Shown piece by piece: positions 61,201 through 64,000 of a DNA stretch of 64,000 bases. The stretch is from Takakia lepidozioides (Eukaryota; Plantae; Bryophyta): contig CM060731.1 in assembly GCA_030704615.1 (NCBI GenBank), forward strand, positions 64,356,001-64,420,000, read 5' to 3'. The notes below the pieces were generated by a model that was not told where the DNA came from, did not search any database, and saw nothing but the letters and a program-made list of their open reading frames with translations. The position numbers and the translations under genes are program-made. Every line of letters starts with the position of its first letter. The stretch's first letter is position 1.

Positions 61201-61707
61201 GGGGCAGCTGGAAAACAAGAAGGCCAAGCTTCTACATCAACTTTGAAGCTTGCCCAGAGCCAAAAACCGGAACATACTCGCAAAGGTCGAATAGATAGCT
61301 CTCTCATGAAGCTGTCCTTGCAGCATGAAGACGACCAAAAGATCCTGACCCGAAGAACAGACAGGCTGGCGGATCCTGGGGAGTTCTTTGGCTACGTTTC
61401 CATACAAAAGATCTAGTAGAAAATAGGGAATGCATGCATGAAGAGGTTTGATTTGCTAGATCGCCTTCATAAGTATCAGATGTTGCCTTTGCAAATCATC
61501 CTGTTGTCAAGAGTCAATCAAAGCTGGTTACTGGGGTGATGCGGGTAGGGGGCGGCCACCTCATGCTTTGTTGCAGCACACCCGAGTCTCAAGGGAGTAT
61601 CCGGTAAATTCTTCGACGATTGTAACGTAAAACCTACTTATGGATACGACAATGATTTGGAATTAGCTGCGAAGCTCTGGACATTTAGCGAGGATTTTTT
61701 GGCTTGA
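58209..61707 (+). CDS. Short-chain dehydrogenase/reductase, TIC32/retinol dehydrogenase-like (multi-exon)
   Basis: GPSGYGSASTAEEVT, VTGATSGIG, NNAG, FATNHMGHFLLT, YGQSKLANILH, SVHPG, GAATSCFVA, AAKLWTFSE*. Confidence 0.93.
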
Positions 61708-63860
61708 GTGCCCATAACACCGAATCGCATTGAGAAACAGGGTCACCCCACATTTGGAGATCACACTTGTCTAGAGCTTGCTTGACCTCCTTCATACTGG
61801 TTTGGGGATGATACCATTACATTATGTATTCGGCACCCTCATGTAGGCTACTTGCTGATGACATCAAGTTGATTGCTGGCCTCATTCTAGTTTGTAAAGC
61901 CTCTTCTAAGAGGAATCTAAGCCTCTTCTCTGTTGCCAAGCTAATTTATACCATCACTCAATCGTTAGATATGAGGAATGTTTGGAATTGGAGCAGAATC
62001 GTTGAACTTTCACAGCTTTTAAGGAGAGAGCTGGATGAAAGCCCGGAAAAGAGGGAGGTTCTTCCAGGGTTGGACAGCTGCTAATGCAGAGAAATCTTAT
62101 GCATCTGAGGCTTCCTTGAGTGTCAACTGGAAGGGACGTACTTTTGCCAAGGCTGAGTTCAGACAATTACAACAAGCAAACAAGAACAGGGAAAGATTGG
62201 ACAAATCTTCCATGTACCTGTGTTAGCATGATTCAATCTGACCACTATAGAATTGACCAAAACGAAGGTTGATAAGAAGTGTGTTTTACAATTGGAGTAG
62301 CTGCACTGGCAAAATCAGGAACTGTGGACTTGGCATCGGGATTCTGACCAGAGAAATACATCAAATGGCGAAAAGTGTCCAGATCACCATAGCAGACCAA
62401 TAAACACTGTGAGGTGCATATGTGGCTTACATCACTGGGGAGTTTCCCCTCAAAGATAAGAGAACAATGACTTTTCCAGATTTGCAAATGCGAAGCAGTT
62501 TTAGCGGTTTGGGACATCTCAACGTGACAAAACAAAACAAAACATACGTCTCGCTTCATATATTGATAGCTATTAATGTCAGTGGAACACCTTCAACTGT
62601 AACACCGAGTCTAAATATCAAGATGTGTCTGTGTTCCCTACTGCCACAGACCTAAGTAAGGAATAATGTTGCATAATATATCAAGACAATTGCGGAGGGA
62701 CCATCAAAACGCAAGGCAGAAGGCTCAGCAACCAGCTCCTCTAGGCTGTCAGTAGTGGTCAGCAAAGTAACAATTTTGGAAGATAGAATAAGATGCAACA
62801 TGGGACGTTTTGCAAGCGGCTATGTAGCTCTCTTTTGCACTGCGCCTTGTCTGTATGAACTATGCCTCAGAAGACCACTTGGAACCTGGCATCTGGTGAT
62901 CACTGGGCATCTGGGCTAACACATTTTTTTTCGTGCCTATCCAAAGCTAGACTGCTGTAGTTAGTGCCTGGCTAGGAACTCGAGAAGACACCCACACAAT
63001 GCTGGTACAATTTGCACATTATACACATTAAACATCAGTAGTTTCTGTAGGCGCAAAGGAAAACTTTCTATTTATGCAAACCTAGCTTGGGAGTGGCACA
63101 CTGCAGGGCTGGAAAGAAGGCCAAAAGAAAGCACAATTTTGTGACAATCTATTGTCAGCTGGACCATTACAGAGCAGCTCTCATCTTGAAGATTACGTTT
63201 GTACAGATGGGATGCTCATAAGCTTTGTTTCCTAGGTGTCCCATTCCTTGCAAACGTAGCGTACATGTTGTCTCATGTATGATAAAAAGCATTGGAATGG
63301 GGGGCTGCTGAAACTCACCTGTTTCGAAATACACTTCCTGCCTACAGCAAGTAATGAGAAGCAAAGAAAATGTGGCCTCGTGTATAGTCGATAGCCATAG
63401 GAATACCAGCTGTGGCTTGTTTGGAAACTAATTTGCAAACGTTTTTGCCATGAAAACATTCATCCTATGATGGCTTTCTCCACATCAGTAAAAGACTGAC
63501 AGTCAGTGAATGTAACCCATCACCAGTGACAGGAAGCCATGGGACAAACCAAACCAAGTTCCTCAAGGCCCTGAAGGAATGCCTACATTCCTACAGCTCC
63601 AGTACAAATCTCATCTTGGAACCATTGCACCATTGCATAGCCTAACATCTCCAAAATTTGATAATCCTTTCCAATTTCAATTGAGTGACAGCCGCAGAAA
63701 TATCAAGTGAAAACAAATATAGCTGTGAATGTTAGGGGCTATAAGAGAACAGGAAGATAAAGACAGACTGCGAGAGCCTTGGGTTTAAGGGGTCAGTCAC
63801 TTGCAGGGCAAGTCCCCCTACCATTTTGCTATGGAAGATAGATTGAGCCCTAATTCTCAC

Positions 63861-64000
63861 CTTCTTTAGGCACAGCATCCTCTGGCTCCTCGCTGCCCTC
63901 CTCTGCTTCATCCTCGGCTTCCTCCTCAAGCTCATCAAAATCAGCAGAGGCGCCATATCTTTCATTGAGATACTCTACTGCAGACTTCGTAATGATCAGC
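63861..64000 (-). CDS. RPL4: Probable C-terminal exon portion of plastid ribosomal protein L4; the gene runs off the window
   Basis: LIITKSAVEYLNERYG followed by an acidic tail, as recalled for plant plastid L4; GTGAG donor at 63860. Confidence 0.65.

Overview
Nuclear DNA of a land plant, probably a non-seed plant (inferred from PLS-DYW PPR genes, a Tcn1-like chromovirus and an algal-type CPOX). Host genes: 3' exon of a group II maturase (X+HNH-like), an intact PLS-DYW PPR, a long PLS PPR with a decayed DYW tail, a DnaJ fragment, GH17+X8 glucanase, acylphosphatase, GDSL lipase, SABATH methyltransferase, coproporphyrinogen oxidase, TIC32-like SDR and the end of plastid L4. 21,953-50,861 is a nest of three Ty3/gypsy retrotransposons (A contains B, B contains C) plus a CACTA element, rearranged by two inversions with readable breakpoints (25,740-29,112 and 35,395-50,861). 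Main result: after undoing the inversions, two unrelated DDE-integrase elements (A and C) lack normal LTRs. Both have split termini, L-PBS-genes-PPT-r-NN-L-r, with the TG...CA ends present internally as a head-to-tail CA-NN-TG junction. This is the product expected if a 2-LTR circle is integrated by cutting at an att site inside the LTR. A also carries a dUTPase-like domain and a 5' extra ORF, C a PHD finger, and B a 3' extra ORF. All coordinates were read by eye; no searches were run.
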